Shown piece by piece: positions 25,516 to 33,741 of a stretch of DNA of 64,000 nucleotides. Both the position numbers and the translations under genes were made by a program. The stretch lies in IMG/VR virus record IMGVR_UViG_3300017963_000189. The stretch is one strand, 5' to 3'. The DNA is from a virus (lineage: Duplodnaviria > Caudoviricetes). The number at the start of each line of letters is the position of its first letter. The first letter of the stretch is position 1. Under the pieces are notes generated by a model that was not told the origin of the DNA, did not search any database, and worked only from the letters and a program-made list of their open reading frames with translations.

Positions 25516-25595
25516 AATCCCCGGTGAGAATCGAACTCACATTCTCAGCTCCGGTTACGGCTACAAGCTTAGGAGGCTTGCCCGGCTACGGGGAC
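25516..25595 (-). tRNA. atypical tRNA-Arg (CCT): D arm absent, extended variable region
   Basis: GTCCCCG/CGGGGAT acceptor, only TAGCCGGG before CAAGC-CT-CCT-AA-GCTTG, 23-nt variable region, GTGAG-TTCGATT-CTCAC. Confidence 0.7.
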
Positions 25596-25598
25596 ATT

Positions 25599-25805
25599 CT
25601 ATTTTTTATCTTTCTCCACTTTCATTCTTTTTACAAAACCATCAGGGTCTTTTTTGTATTCCACAATCATATCAGTAAATGCTTTACTGATACCTTCCTC
25701 AATCGTCATACCCAAACTTTGAATTTTTTCTACAATATCATCTTCTAATTCTACGACAGTAAAAACTTCTCCAGTTTTTTCGTCGATAAGTTCTACTTCA
25801 ACCAT
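25599..25805 (-). CDS. hypothetical protein
   Basis: GGAGAG SD; ATATTTATA upstream. Confidence 0.55.
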   Translation of the reverse strand: MVEVELIDEKTGEVFTVVELEDDIVEKIQSLGMTIEEGISKAFTDMIVEYKKDPDGFVKRMKVEKDKK

Positions 25806-25848
25806 GTCATTTCTCTCCTACTATATAAATATGTATAGATATAAAAAA

Positions 25849-26526
25849 TCAAACAACACTGCAATTTTCTTTTATATATCTTTCTCTGGCTAAAACCATT
25901 CCTCTAAATTGATCCAATGTATCAACCATCATAAAAGGTATATCATTATTATCTCTACGATACCAACCATTACCACGTTCCCGTTTAAACAGGACACCTA
26001 CACTACCATTTTCACTGGCATGTATAGTTTCTACTGTTTGTGGTTTATCGTCCAACAAATAATTCGGATGATACAACTCTTTTTGACTTGAGAAAATCAA
26101 ATCTTCATACGTTATTTTATTTTCTTCTAACCATTCAATAGTACCCACTTTTGATTCCGGTGTATATTGATGTGTTGATAAAACTATACGACAATTCGGC
26201 AGTTTTTCTTTCAAGATGTTGAAATGTTTATACCATTGTCCTGGCGTCACAAGCGCCGGAGCATGGCGAAACACATCATAAGTCAAATCACCACCAAAAA
26301 ATAACTCAGTCATAAGTTTATCGACTTCCTCACCTTTTTCTTCCGGCCAGTATTCATCTTTGAACCACCAACCACGTATTTCACTCGGATGAACTTTATA
26401 TTGTTCATATTGTGGATAACGTTCAAAGAATAATTTCTCTGAATAGCCATGAAAATCGCGCAATACGCCATCTATATCGTGATGAATCGTAATAATTCTA
26501 TTTGTAATAACTTCTATTTTTCCCAT
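25849..26526 (-). CDS. HAD-family 5'(3')-deoxyribonucleotidase-like
   Basis: HDIDGVLRDF (DxDG), LST, K...LLDD. Confidence 0.75.
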   Translation of the reverse strand: MGKIEVITNRIITIHHDIDGVLRDFHGYSEKLFFERYPQYEQYKVHPSEIRGWWFKDEYWPEEKGEEVDKLMTELFFGGDLTYDVFRHAPALVTPGQWYKHFNILKEKLPNCRIVLSTHQYTPESKVGTIEWLEENKITYEDLIFSSQKELYHPNYLLDDKPQTVETIHASENGSVGVLFKRERGNGWYRRDNNDIPFMMVDTLDQFRGMVLARERYIKENCSVV

Positions 26527-26535
26527 AAGCCCCCT

Positions 26536-26778
26536 TTATACATACGTTTTATACATATCAAACAACTTCTCTAATGTTTCCTTTTCTATTTCCTTATCTT
26601 GATGTATCTTTCCTATTGTCGCCAGAATCGTCTGGGCTCGCCCAGAACGAGACTGGTTTAATGTCTTTTCATTTGGATCATAACCATTAGTCTCAAATGT
26701 CTTTACTAAATACTTCTTTAGTAATACATTTAACTTCTTTATCGTCTCGTCCTTTTTTGAATCAGGTATCATTATCAA
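26536..26778 (-). CDS. hypothetical protein (paralogous helical domain)
   Basis: IEKETLEKLFDMYK. Confidence 0.55.
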   Translation of the reverse strand: MIMIPDSKKDETIKKLNVLLKKYLVKTFETNGYDPNEKTLNQSRSGRAQTILATIGKIHQDKEIEKETLEKLFDMYKTYV

Positions 26779-27197
26779 GATACACCACCATTCTCTACAA
26801 TGTCCTCTACAAACTTCTTAGCCTCAATCAATGACATCTTTTCACCACTTGTCGGTATTACATTTTCCCTGGCGTATTTTATCGCTTCCACTTTACCCAT
26901 TGTATGATTAGCGTATATGTCTTTTATCATCCAATCAATAACCTGTTCATATGACATATCTTCACCATTGTTATCGGCTCGCCACTTTTTGATAGTTTGA
27001 TTTTTACGCCAAATAAAATTCATCCGTTTTAACGTTTCCGGTGTTACTTCATTGTCTCGTTTAATTCTTGTTATAGTATCAGTAACTTCAATCCAATCTT
27101 CATGAAAAAGATTATCTGGATTATTATCATGAATTTCATCTAATAATTCAGCTAACTTTTGAAGTTTGTCCAAAACTCTTTGTTTCTTGTCTAACAT
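26775..27197 (-). CDS. hypothetical protein (paralogous helical domain)
   Basis: VTPETLKRMNFIWRK. Confidence 0.6.
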   Translation of the reverse strand: MLDKKQRVLDKLQKLAELLDEIHDNNPDNLFHEDWIEVTDTITRIKRDNEVTPETLKRMNFIWRKNQTIKKWRADNNGEDMSYEQVIDWMIKDIYANHTMGKVEAIKYARENVIPTSGEKMSLIEAKKFVEDIVENGGVS

Positions 27198-27500
27198 TTA
27201 GAAACCCTTTTTATCTAATCTCCGATCATAAAACTTTAATACTGTTTGATTGTCAACTTCCCAATGATCAACATATTGTTCTTGTAACTCAAAGATCATT
27301 GTTTTCGCCCCTTCCACATCACCATCTATTATACGAAACCAAATACGTCTGAGTTCCAAATATAAAATATTACTGTTAGTATTCGCCATCCATTGACGTA
27401 AATCTCTTTCAAAACTAAATGTGTCGCCTTTATCAAGACAATCTAAATAATGTTCAAAAATCTCCGCTGCGGGTTTTGCATGTTTTCCTACATATCTCAT
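27198..27500 (-). CDS. hypothetical protein
   Basis: Tiling ORF. Confidence 0.55.
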   Translation of the reverse strand: MRYVGKHAKPAAEIFEHYLDCLDKGDTFSFERDLRQWMANTNSNILYLELRRIWFRIIDGDVEGAKTMIFELQEQYVDHWEVDNQTVLKFYDRRLDKKGF

Positions 27501-27784
27501 TCGTCGCCCCTTTCTTCCGTTTTATTTGTATGTTCATCTAAAAATTGTTGTGATCTATTATGTGTAATTTCTCGTATGTCTATATCAGCAACTGCTTTTA
27601 TTATCGCTATTACCGTAATACGAAAAGGTCGGCGTAGTGACCATTTAGTTTCTACACCGACCAAGTTGTAATCCCCAGCCTTCAAGTTAGCTATTATTTT
27701 ACGATAATTAAAAATTGTACCATCAAAAGTAGTTTCGAACGTATAACTTTTTTGTATTAATTTTTGTGGTATTTCATTACGCAT
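27497..27784 (-). CDS. hypothetical protein
   Basis: Tiling ORF. Confidence 0.55.
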   Translation of the reverse strand: MRNEIPQKLIQKSYTFETTFDGTIFNYRKIIANLKAGDYNLVGVETKWSLRRPFRITVIAIIKAVADIDIREITHNRSQQFLDEHTNKTEERGDE

Positions 27785-28130
27785 TCTTTTTCCTCAACCA
27801 ACCTTCATAAATTTTAAATTCTTCACGATATGGAGCAACAATGTCGCCATTAGCAATCTTGGCTAATTGACCAGCATACCGCAACATTTTTTTCTTGACG
27901 TGTTTGAACTGACCTTCTGAAACAAATCCATGTTCCAAAAACCACTTGGCGACTGAAGTCATAAAGTCACCATCAAAACCACTAAACCCAACACCATTAG
28001 CATATTTGGTGTATTCAGCACTTTGTTCATCAGCAGTTTGAAGTTCATAAATACGTATCAAACCCTTGATAACTGCTACGTCATTAGTCTCAAGTAAATT
28101 CTTGATTTCGTCTTTAGTCCACTTTTTCAT
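27777..28130 (-). CDS. conserved hypothetical protein
   Basis: First gene after the promoter at 28170; GGAG SD. Confidence 0.65.
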   Translation of the reverse strand: MKKWTKDEIKNLLETNDVAVIKGLIRIYELQTADEQSAEYTKYANGVGFSGFDGDFMTSVAKWFLEHGFVSEGQFKHVKKKMLRYAGQLAKIANGDIVAPYREEFKIYEGWLRKKNA

Positions 28131-28169
28131 TATATACTCCTATTAGTTGTTATCTCAATTAACTACTAT

Positions 28170-28198
28170 AATATACAACATTTCGGAGTATTTGTCAA
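28170..28198 (-). promoter_or_regulatory. sigma70-type promoter (repeat family); its TGA is the upstream gene's stop
   Basis: CAGAAAACAG-TTGACA-N17-TATATT. Confidence 0.85.
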
Positions 28199-28743
28199 CT
28201 GTTTTCTGATTTATTTTTTACTAATTCGTTAGCGAACTTTCTAACTGACTCCCAATACAATAAATAGTCTGTTCTTCGTCTTTCTCTTATAGGATTTCGC
28301 CATCTTTCGTCAGGTCTATTATCTTGTCTCAACCAATGATAAATATCAGCCCACTCGGTTTCTGCATCAAATCCGGCTTTATCGTCCAAGTAAACATCAA
28401 AATATGGTTTATTTGTATAGTCACCATAATCGCCTTCACCTATCTCAGGATTATCATTTACATATTCAAACTCTATATTATGTAACGACAACAAATTAAT
28501 ATAGTGTCTTATTTGATCTTTATGTGAACAAGTATAAAGAATCGTCCTTATATCTGGGCGAGCCGTAAGTAATTGTAATGACGGTTTCGCCCATTCGTAA
28601 AAATCTAACTTGTTTACTAACTTTTCCTTGTGATTCGGACGTATGATCACACCATGCATGTCGATTAACCAATAGGTTTCATACCATTGTTGTCTCATTT
28701 GTTTATCATATTGACGATGTATAACGTCTATAATTGCTCCCAT
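28195..28743 (-). CDS. HAD-like protein translationally coupled to pncA
   Basis: LIDMHGVI, LYTCS, KPYFDVYLDDKAGF. Confidence 0.6.
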   Translation of the reverse strand: MGAIIDVIHRQYDKQMRQQWYETYWLIDMHGVIIRPNHKEKLVNKLDFYEWAKPSLQLLTARPDIRTILYTCSHKDQIRHYINLLSLHNIEFEYVNDNPEIGEGDYGDYTNKPYFDVYLDDKAGFDAETEWADIYHWLRQDNRPDERWRNPIRERRRTDYLLYWESVRKFANELVKNKSENS

Positions 28744-29363
28744 TAATATCTTTCCTCAATAACATTTGAAACAATCAACTCAACATCATTTTCCTGCATT
28801 TCTATCAAAGCATCATCCGCTCCATCAAGACCCGCAACACCATCAACAACAACATAAGTTATAAATCCCAAACTTTCAGCATCAAGAGCTGTAAACTTTA
28901 CACAATAGTCTGTCGCCAAACCAACAATATAAACTTCGTCAATCGCTTGATCATCTAAAATGTCACATAAATCTGTTTCAAACAATTTACCATTGTCAAA
29001 AAATCCACTGTAAGAATCTACTTCGGGATTCGTTCCTTTTACAACATATTCATTAATCCATTCTAAATGTAAATCCTTATGTAATTCAGCACCGTTTGTT
29101 CCTTGAACACAGTGATCCGGCCACAAAACTTGTTCTACACCATTTAAATTAATAACATCAAACAACATACTGCCTTCATGACTTGACGCAAATGACTTAT
29201 GACCCTCAGGATGCCAATCTTTCGTGGCGACAATTAAATCCCAATCAACGTTTGCGGTAAGTTTATTTACAACAGGAATGATTTTTCCGGCGTTCGGTAC
29301 TTCCAATGATCCGCCTTCCATAAAATCATTTTGAATGTCTACTAAAATCAAAGCTTTTCTCAT
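28743..29363 (-). CDS. pncA: nicotinamidase
   Basis: LVDIQNDF..GGSL, DWHP..H.SF, WPDHCVQGT, KG..P.VDSYSGF, GLATDYCVK.TALDA. Confidence 0.93.
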   Translation of the reverse strand: MRKALILVDIQNDFMEGGSLEVPNAGKIIPVVNKLTANVDWDLIVATKDWHPEGHKSFASSHEGSMLFDVINLNGVEQVLWPDHCVQGTNGAELHKDLHLEWINEYVVKGTNPEVDSYSGFFDNGKLFETDLCDILDDQAIDEVYIVGLATDYCVKFTALDAESLGFITYVVVDGVAGLDGADDALIEMQENDVELIVSNVIEERY

Positions 29364-29366
29364 ATC

Positions 29367-30113
29367 TTACCTCCTGTATATCGGTGGATATTTAGTTTTA
29401 TGTTCATTTATCCTAATCATTTTCTTTACTTTTTCAATCTTATCGGCATGATCAATAGGATATTCTTTACCGGTTTCAAGATAATATAGAATAGAATCTA
29501 ATACATCATAACTCATTCCAATATCTTTTTCATCAGTCTGCCCTTCCCAAAGAGCAGCAGTAGGCGTTCTCTCAACCAAATCGTCGGGAATACCTAAGTT
29601 TCTCGCCATCCCTTTTACTTCCCACTTGTAATATTCTGCTATCGGAAGCACATCAACTCCACCATCACCGTATTTAGTAAAATATCCAATCATATCTTCA
29701 CTCTTATTTCCGGTTCCGGCGACCAACATATTATTTTTTCCAGCGACAGCATAAAGGAAAGTCATTCTCAATCTTGCTCTTATATTCGCTTGTTCTAACC
29801 TACCCAACAAAATCGGAGCTTCCTCGACCATCGCGTTATATGTTTCTCTCATATCATAAAAGACAGTTTCAATACCAAGAAGTTTAGCAACTCTATCAGC
29901 GTCAAGTTCATCTTGTTCACCAGAATAAATCGGCATAATAACACCAATAACATTTTCTTTACCAACGGCTTTTACCGCGAGAGCGGCGACAAGAGTAGAA
30001 TCAATACCACCACTCAAACCAACGACATAACCATTAGTTCCAGAAATAGTATTATAATTCTCTAACCAACTTGCAATGTCTTTTATTTCCGGTTCAAAAT
30101 TAAGATTACTCAT
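29367..30113 (-). CDS. nadE: NH3-dependent NAD+ synthetase
   Basis: GLSGGIDS, ANIRARLRM, GTGNKSE, GYFTKYGDG, PTAALWEGQTDE; no glutaminase domain. Confidence 0.93.
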   Translation of the reverse strand: MSNLNFEPEIKDIASWLENYNTISGTNGYVVGLSGGIDSTLVAALAVKAVGKENVIGVIMPIYSGEQDELDADRVAKLLGIETVFYDMRETYNAMVEEAPILLGRLEQANIRARLRMTFLYAVAGKNNMLVAGTGNKSEDMIGYFTKYGDGGVDVLPIAEYYKWEVKGMARNLGIPDDLVERTPTAALWEGQTDEKDIGMSYDVLDSILYYLETGKEYPIDHADKIEKVKKMIRINEHKTKYPPIYRR

Positions 30114-30141
30114 TTATATACCTTTCTTTATGTACTTTCTT

Positions 30142-30170
30142 AATATACAAAATTAAGTTCACTTTGTCAA
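30142..30170 (-). promoter_or_regulatory. sigma70-type promoter (repeat family); its TGA is the pncB stop
   Basis: GAAAACAG-TTGACA-N17-TATATT. Confidence 0.85.
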
Positions 30171-31345
30171 CTGTTTTCTATAATTCTTTTCGCTAAATCT
30201 ATCATTTCAGGATCACCGGTGTGTTTTCCCTCAACATCACTCAACTTGATTGTCGGTATCCATTTTTTACCTTGTGGTTTAGCAGAAACCATCTTGATAA
30301 CAATATTCAATGGAGTAACATCAGGAATATCATTAGAAAGATTAGTTCCCATTCCATATGAAATTTTAATTCTACCATGTCCAAAATGACTATTTATTCT
30401 TTCAATTTCCTTTGGATTCAACCCATCGGAGAATACAATCGTTTTAGTTCTTGGATCAATACCAAGTTTCTTGTAATGTTCAATAGCTCTTTTTCCAAAC
30501 TCAATAGGATCACCAGAATCGTGTCTAACACCATCAAATAATTTAGCATACATTGTGTCAAACGATCCAAAAAAATTCTTTGTGGTGAAAGTGTCCGTGA
30601 GTGCTATACCCAACTCTCCATTATAAACATCGACCCAACGACCAAGAGCAACAGCGTTTGCTTGATGAAAACCATATTTCGCAGCGTGAAACATAAACCA
30701 TTCATGAGCTTGTGTTCCAATAGGTTTTATTCCATACTTACGAGCTAAGTGGACATTACTTGTACCAACAAAATGATTTGATTTACTAAATGTTCTAACC
30801 ATTCTACTTTGACTCTTGTAAGAATGTCGCCGTCTTGTTCCAAAATCGGCTAAACTTATAGTAGGTACTAAATCAAATAAGAAATCTCTTTTTGATTCAT
30901 TATGATTTTCTATATCTCCCCAATGTACATTACCAATACCTTTACCGGTATGAATGAAATAAAGTTCTGAAATCAAAGCCATAAGCGGAACTTCCCATAA
31001 GATTGTTCTATACCATAATCCCTCAATCTCTACTGAAAGTTCACCATCATTCCAAAAAATCTTTATTTCATCAGCGTTATAGCGATAACCTTTCAGGAAA
31101 TCTATATAAACAGGATCAAAGAAATAAAGGTTTTCTCTCAAATAATCTTCCTCACCATCGGTAAGAAAAAGTTTTTCCATATCCCAAACCATGTCGCCCA
31201 AATCCTTAGCAACTGCTTCAGGAATGTAAGTTTTCCCACGATTGAAAAACTTATACTTTACTTCGGCACGCGGGTACAACTTCGTAACTGCGTTCTGCAT
31301 TGTAAACTTATATAAATCATTGTCTAAAATAGATTTGATTAACAT
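30167..31345 (-). CDS. pncB: nicotinate phosphoribosyltransferase
   Basis: ILDNDLYKFTM, DFGTRRR, GTSNV, GTQAHEWFM, RHDSGDP, FSDGL, GMGTNL, KLSD..GKHTG. Confidence 0.93.
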   Translation of the reverse strand: MLIKSILDNDLYKFTMQNAVTKLYPRAEVKYKFFNRGKTYIPEAVAKDLGDMVWDMEKLFLTDGEEDYLRENLYFFDPVYIDFLKGYRYNADEIKIFWNDGELSVEIEGLWYRTILWEVPLMALISELYFIHTGKGIGNVHWGDIENHNESKRDFLFDLVPTISLADFGTRRRHSYKSQSRMVRTFSKSNHFVGTSNVHLARKYGIKPIGTQAHEWFMFHAAKYGFHQANAVALGRWVDVYNGELGIALTDTFTTKNFFGSFDTMYAKLFDGVRHDSGDPIEFGKRAIEHYKKLGIDPRTKTIVFSDGLNPKEIERINSHFGHGRIKISYGMGTNLSNDIPDVTPLNIVIKMVSAKPQGKKWIPTIKLSDVEGKHTGDPEMIDLAKRIIENS

Positions 31346-31354
31346 TATAACCTC

Positions 31355-32227
31355 TTAAAATATTAGTGAACCTTTATCATCCCATTTGGTATAAATCTTA
31401 CCATCTTCTCGGATGATCATATATTTCAAAACATTTTTCATTTCTTTACTCATACAATCATCGTCCACCACCGTAGAAATTCCCTCAACCGAATACTTCA
31501 TAGCTCCAAAGGGTAATCTTTCCAACTCGTGACCATGATATTTAATATAATTAATAATCGTTTTCAACGTTTCCTTTTTAGCAGCATTTTCCACAATCCA
31601 TTTGTCTTGTTTTGTATCTTCATCACTTGTATACAACTTTCTAAAAGTAACTTGATCAACTTCCATTTCAATTAATCTATTGAAGATTCTTTTTACATAA
31701 ACATCGTCATATATATCAGTAAGATTGATAGACAACCTTACATTAAAATTCATTTTCTTTAAATTATCAACAACATAACTAATATCAACTTGTCGATCTA
31801 TAGGCATAACCATTATATCAGCATTATTGTTAGAATCAAAAATATCTACTACACTCAAACTAATAGTGGAAATATCCTCAAACCAATCGGCATAAAGTTC
31901 AATTACTTCCAACAAACCAACACTACTTGCAATACCACTTGTTTGTAACTCAATCCACTTAAAAGGGCTACTCAAATTACGATTTATACTAAGAATATCA
32001 ACTACCGCATCCATATTATCAAGAGGCTCACCGGTTGAAGTCAACATTAAAGTGTTAGTTCCATTATCCCTTGCAAACTCCATACGTTTCTTTACGTTTC
32101 TCAAATATTGAAGTCTGTCCTCGGATTTTTTAAACTTTCTATTCTCTTTGTTCATGTGAGAAACACAAAAAGGACATCTATTAGGACATTTAGCTGGGAT
32201 AACGATTGATAAACTTTGTACTTCCAC
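31355..32227 (-). CDS. radical SAM protein
   Basis: CPNRCPFC (CX3CX2C), TSTGEP, ELQTSG. Confidence 0.85.
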   Translation of the reverse strand: MEVQSLSIVIPAKCPNRCPFCVSHMNKENRKFKKSEDRLQYLRNVKKRMEFARDNGTNTLMLTSTGEPLDNMDAVVDILSINRNLSSPFKWIELQTSGIASSVGLLEVIELYADWFEDISTISLSVVDIFDSNNNADIMVMPIDRQVDISYVVDNLKKMNFNVRLSINLTDIYDDVYVKRIFNRLIEMEVDQVTFRKLYTSDEDTKQDKWIVENAAKKETLKTIINYIKYHGHELERLPFGAMKYSVEGISTVVDDDCMSKEMKNVLKYMIIREDGKIYTKWDDKGSLIF

Positions 32228-32257
32228 TCTATAACCTTTCTCTTTTTAAACTACCTA

Positions 32258-32286
32258 AATATACGAAATAAATGTGGATTTGTCAA
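32258..32286 (-). promoter_or_regulatory. sigma70-type promoter (repeat family); its TGA is the nadD stop
   Basis: CAGAAAACAG-TTGACA-N17-TATATT. Confidence 0.85.
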
Positions 32287-32927
32287 CTGTTTTCTGATCT
32301 TTTTTCATATAATTTATGTTCTCTAATGTAGTTTAAAACCTTACGGGGCAAGTATCTTCCTGCAACGGTAACTCCACTTTTCAACCAATTACGTACCAAT
32401 GTTGCTGATAAACTATTCCGTTTTACATCAATTACGATAATCTTATTAATGTTTTTTGATAGAATAGGATTAGAACTAATAATTTTTGCAATATCATCTG
32501 TACCTCTACCAATAACTACAAGGCTCGCCATTTCAAAAATCTTTTCTGGTTGTTTCCAATTATGAAATTCTTTTAGATTATCACTCCCCATAACGAAGAA
32601 CAACTCACTTTCTCTAAACATATTTTTATATCGGCGTAACAGCTCATATGTATACATTTTTCCAAATGAAAGAGCATCTACTCCACCAACACTATAAATA
32701 CATCCATCAATCGGAGCACTATCATCGAAAATTTCCTGAATCATATTGATTCTATGTTCGACATCTTCTAAACCATTTTTGTCATATTCATTATTTGTTG
32801 GCTCAAACATTAACCAACTTAGACTTAATTTTTTCGCCACTAATTCAGCAATCTGAACGTGCGCAGTTGTTATCGGATTGAATGATCCGCCATAAATACC
32901 AACTTTACCCGTCAATCTCTGTGTCAT
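32283..32927 (-). CDS. nadD: nicotinate/nicotinamide-nucleotide adenylyltransferase
   Basis: GGSFNPITTAH, HRINM, YTYE.L, FVMGSDNL..FH.W, SATLVR. Confidence 0.9.
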   Translation of the reverse strand: MTQRLTGKVGIYGGSFNPITTAHVQIAELVAKKLSLSWLMFEPTNNEYDKNGLEDVEHRINMIQEIFDDSAPIDGCIYSVGGVDALSFGKMYTYELLRRYKNMFRESELFFVMGSDNLKEFHNWKQPEKIFEMASLVVIGRGTDDIAKIISSNPILSKNINKIIVIDVKRNSLSATLVRNWLKSGVTVAGRYLPRKVLNYIREHKLYEKRSENS

Positions 32928-33282
32928 CTGGTAACTCCACTTCTATTAAATCCAATATAAAATACCATGATTCATTCCTATCTTCTTCTGATACTTGAGC
33001 CAACAACTTACCTGCTTCTTCTGGCGAAATCCTAAACGTTACTCGATTTCCATGATTATATAAAAAAGGAATAAGTTCAGATACATCAGCATCCATCGCT
33101 ATAAACTCAAGTAACAATGAATACAAATCTAAATCCCATACACATTGACCCAACTCTTTGGCTTGTTCTTGAACAAATTCAACAAACTTGTCCTCGTCTA
33201 TACATGAATCATATACCCATGAATCAAGTTCATTAACATCTTCAATCGACAAACCTAACAATTTTTCCATCCATTTATCCAT
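32905..33282 (-). CDS. acidic hypothetical protein
   Basis: Overlaps the nadD start; ATATTTATA upstream. Confidence 0.55.
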   Translation of the reverse strand: MDKWMEKLLGLSIEDVNELDSWVYDSCIDEDKFVEFVQEQAKELGQCVWDLDLYSLLLEFIAMDADVSELIPFLYNHGNRVTFRISPEEAGKLLAQVSEEDRNESWYFILDLIEVELPDDTEIDG

Positions 33283-33349
33283 AATATATCTCCCACGTTA
33301 TATTATATTAAACGAACTAAAAACATAAAAGTTCATTCATATATAAATA

Positions 33350-33592
33350 TTATGGTAATTCACATCCCACTTCTGTAATCTCAGTTTGTAACCCTAAATA
33401 CTCAAGTTTGTCTTTCATTTCAATAGCTTTTTCTTTGTCAATGTTCTCTACTATCGGACAAGAACCATTTACGTGAGTGATTAAAGTAAATGATTGAGCT
33501 TCGTCAAGTTCCAAACCGCATACTTCCATCAGTGCCATCTGCACATCCGAGTGATGATTTACATCGTCATTGATTAGGTGTAAACTATACAT
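33350..33592 (-). CDS. clpS: ClpS-like N-degron adaptor
   Basis: LHLINDDVN...V..AL.EVCG....EA....L.TH.NG......KE.A......L...GL..EI. Confidence 0.7.
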   Translation of the reverse strand: MYSLHLINDDVNHHSDVQMALMEVCGLELDEAQSFTLITHVNGSCPIVENIDKEKAIEMKDKLEYLGLQTEITEVGCELP

Positions 33593-33741
33593 CTTTCTTA
33601 CCTTTCTTTTCGTTCTCTATTATATCCATTATTCGCCGTGTGGCTACATCGGTTATTCGTTTCTTAGCCATTTTTGAGTGACCGTCCATTACCTGTTGAA
33701 CGGTCACTATGACTTCATGAATTTTGTTTTCTAAATCTTTG

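Noticed and set aside
3870-25516. Theta/HDV-like ribozymes in tRNA 3' trailers
   Set aside because: Trailers are A-rich or run into promoters and genes; no nested double-pseudoknot pattern could be seen by eye.
23234-25595. Kinase gene as an integrated island using tRNA-Arg as att site
   Set aside because: No integrase, no duplicated tRNA 3' end at the other side of the gene and no visible compositional break.
15334-25748. ORFs overlying RNA genes (15334-15522, 16597-16785, 16754-16960, 18611-18835, 19294-19551, 25524-25748)
   Set aside because: They translate rnpB or tRNA sequence; the RNA explanation is much stronger.
28195-32927. Identity with NARP1 or NARP2
   Set aside because: No PRPP-synthetase-like Adps is present. 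The PRTase has PncB-type motifs, and PncA plus NadE imply the deamidated route. A final NAPRT versus NAMPT call needs an HMM search.
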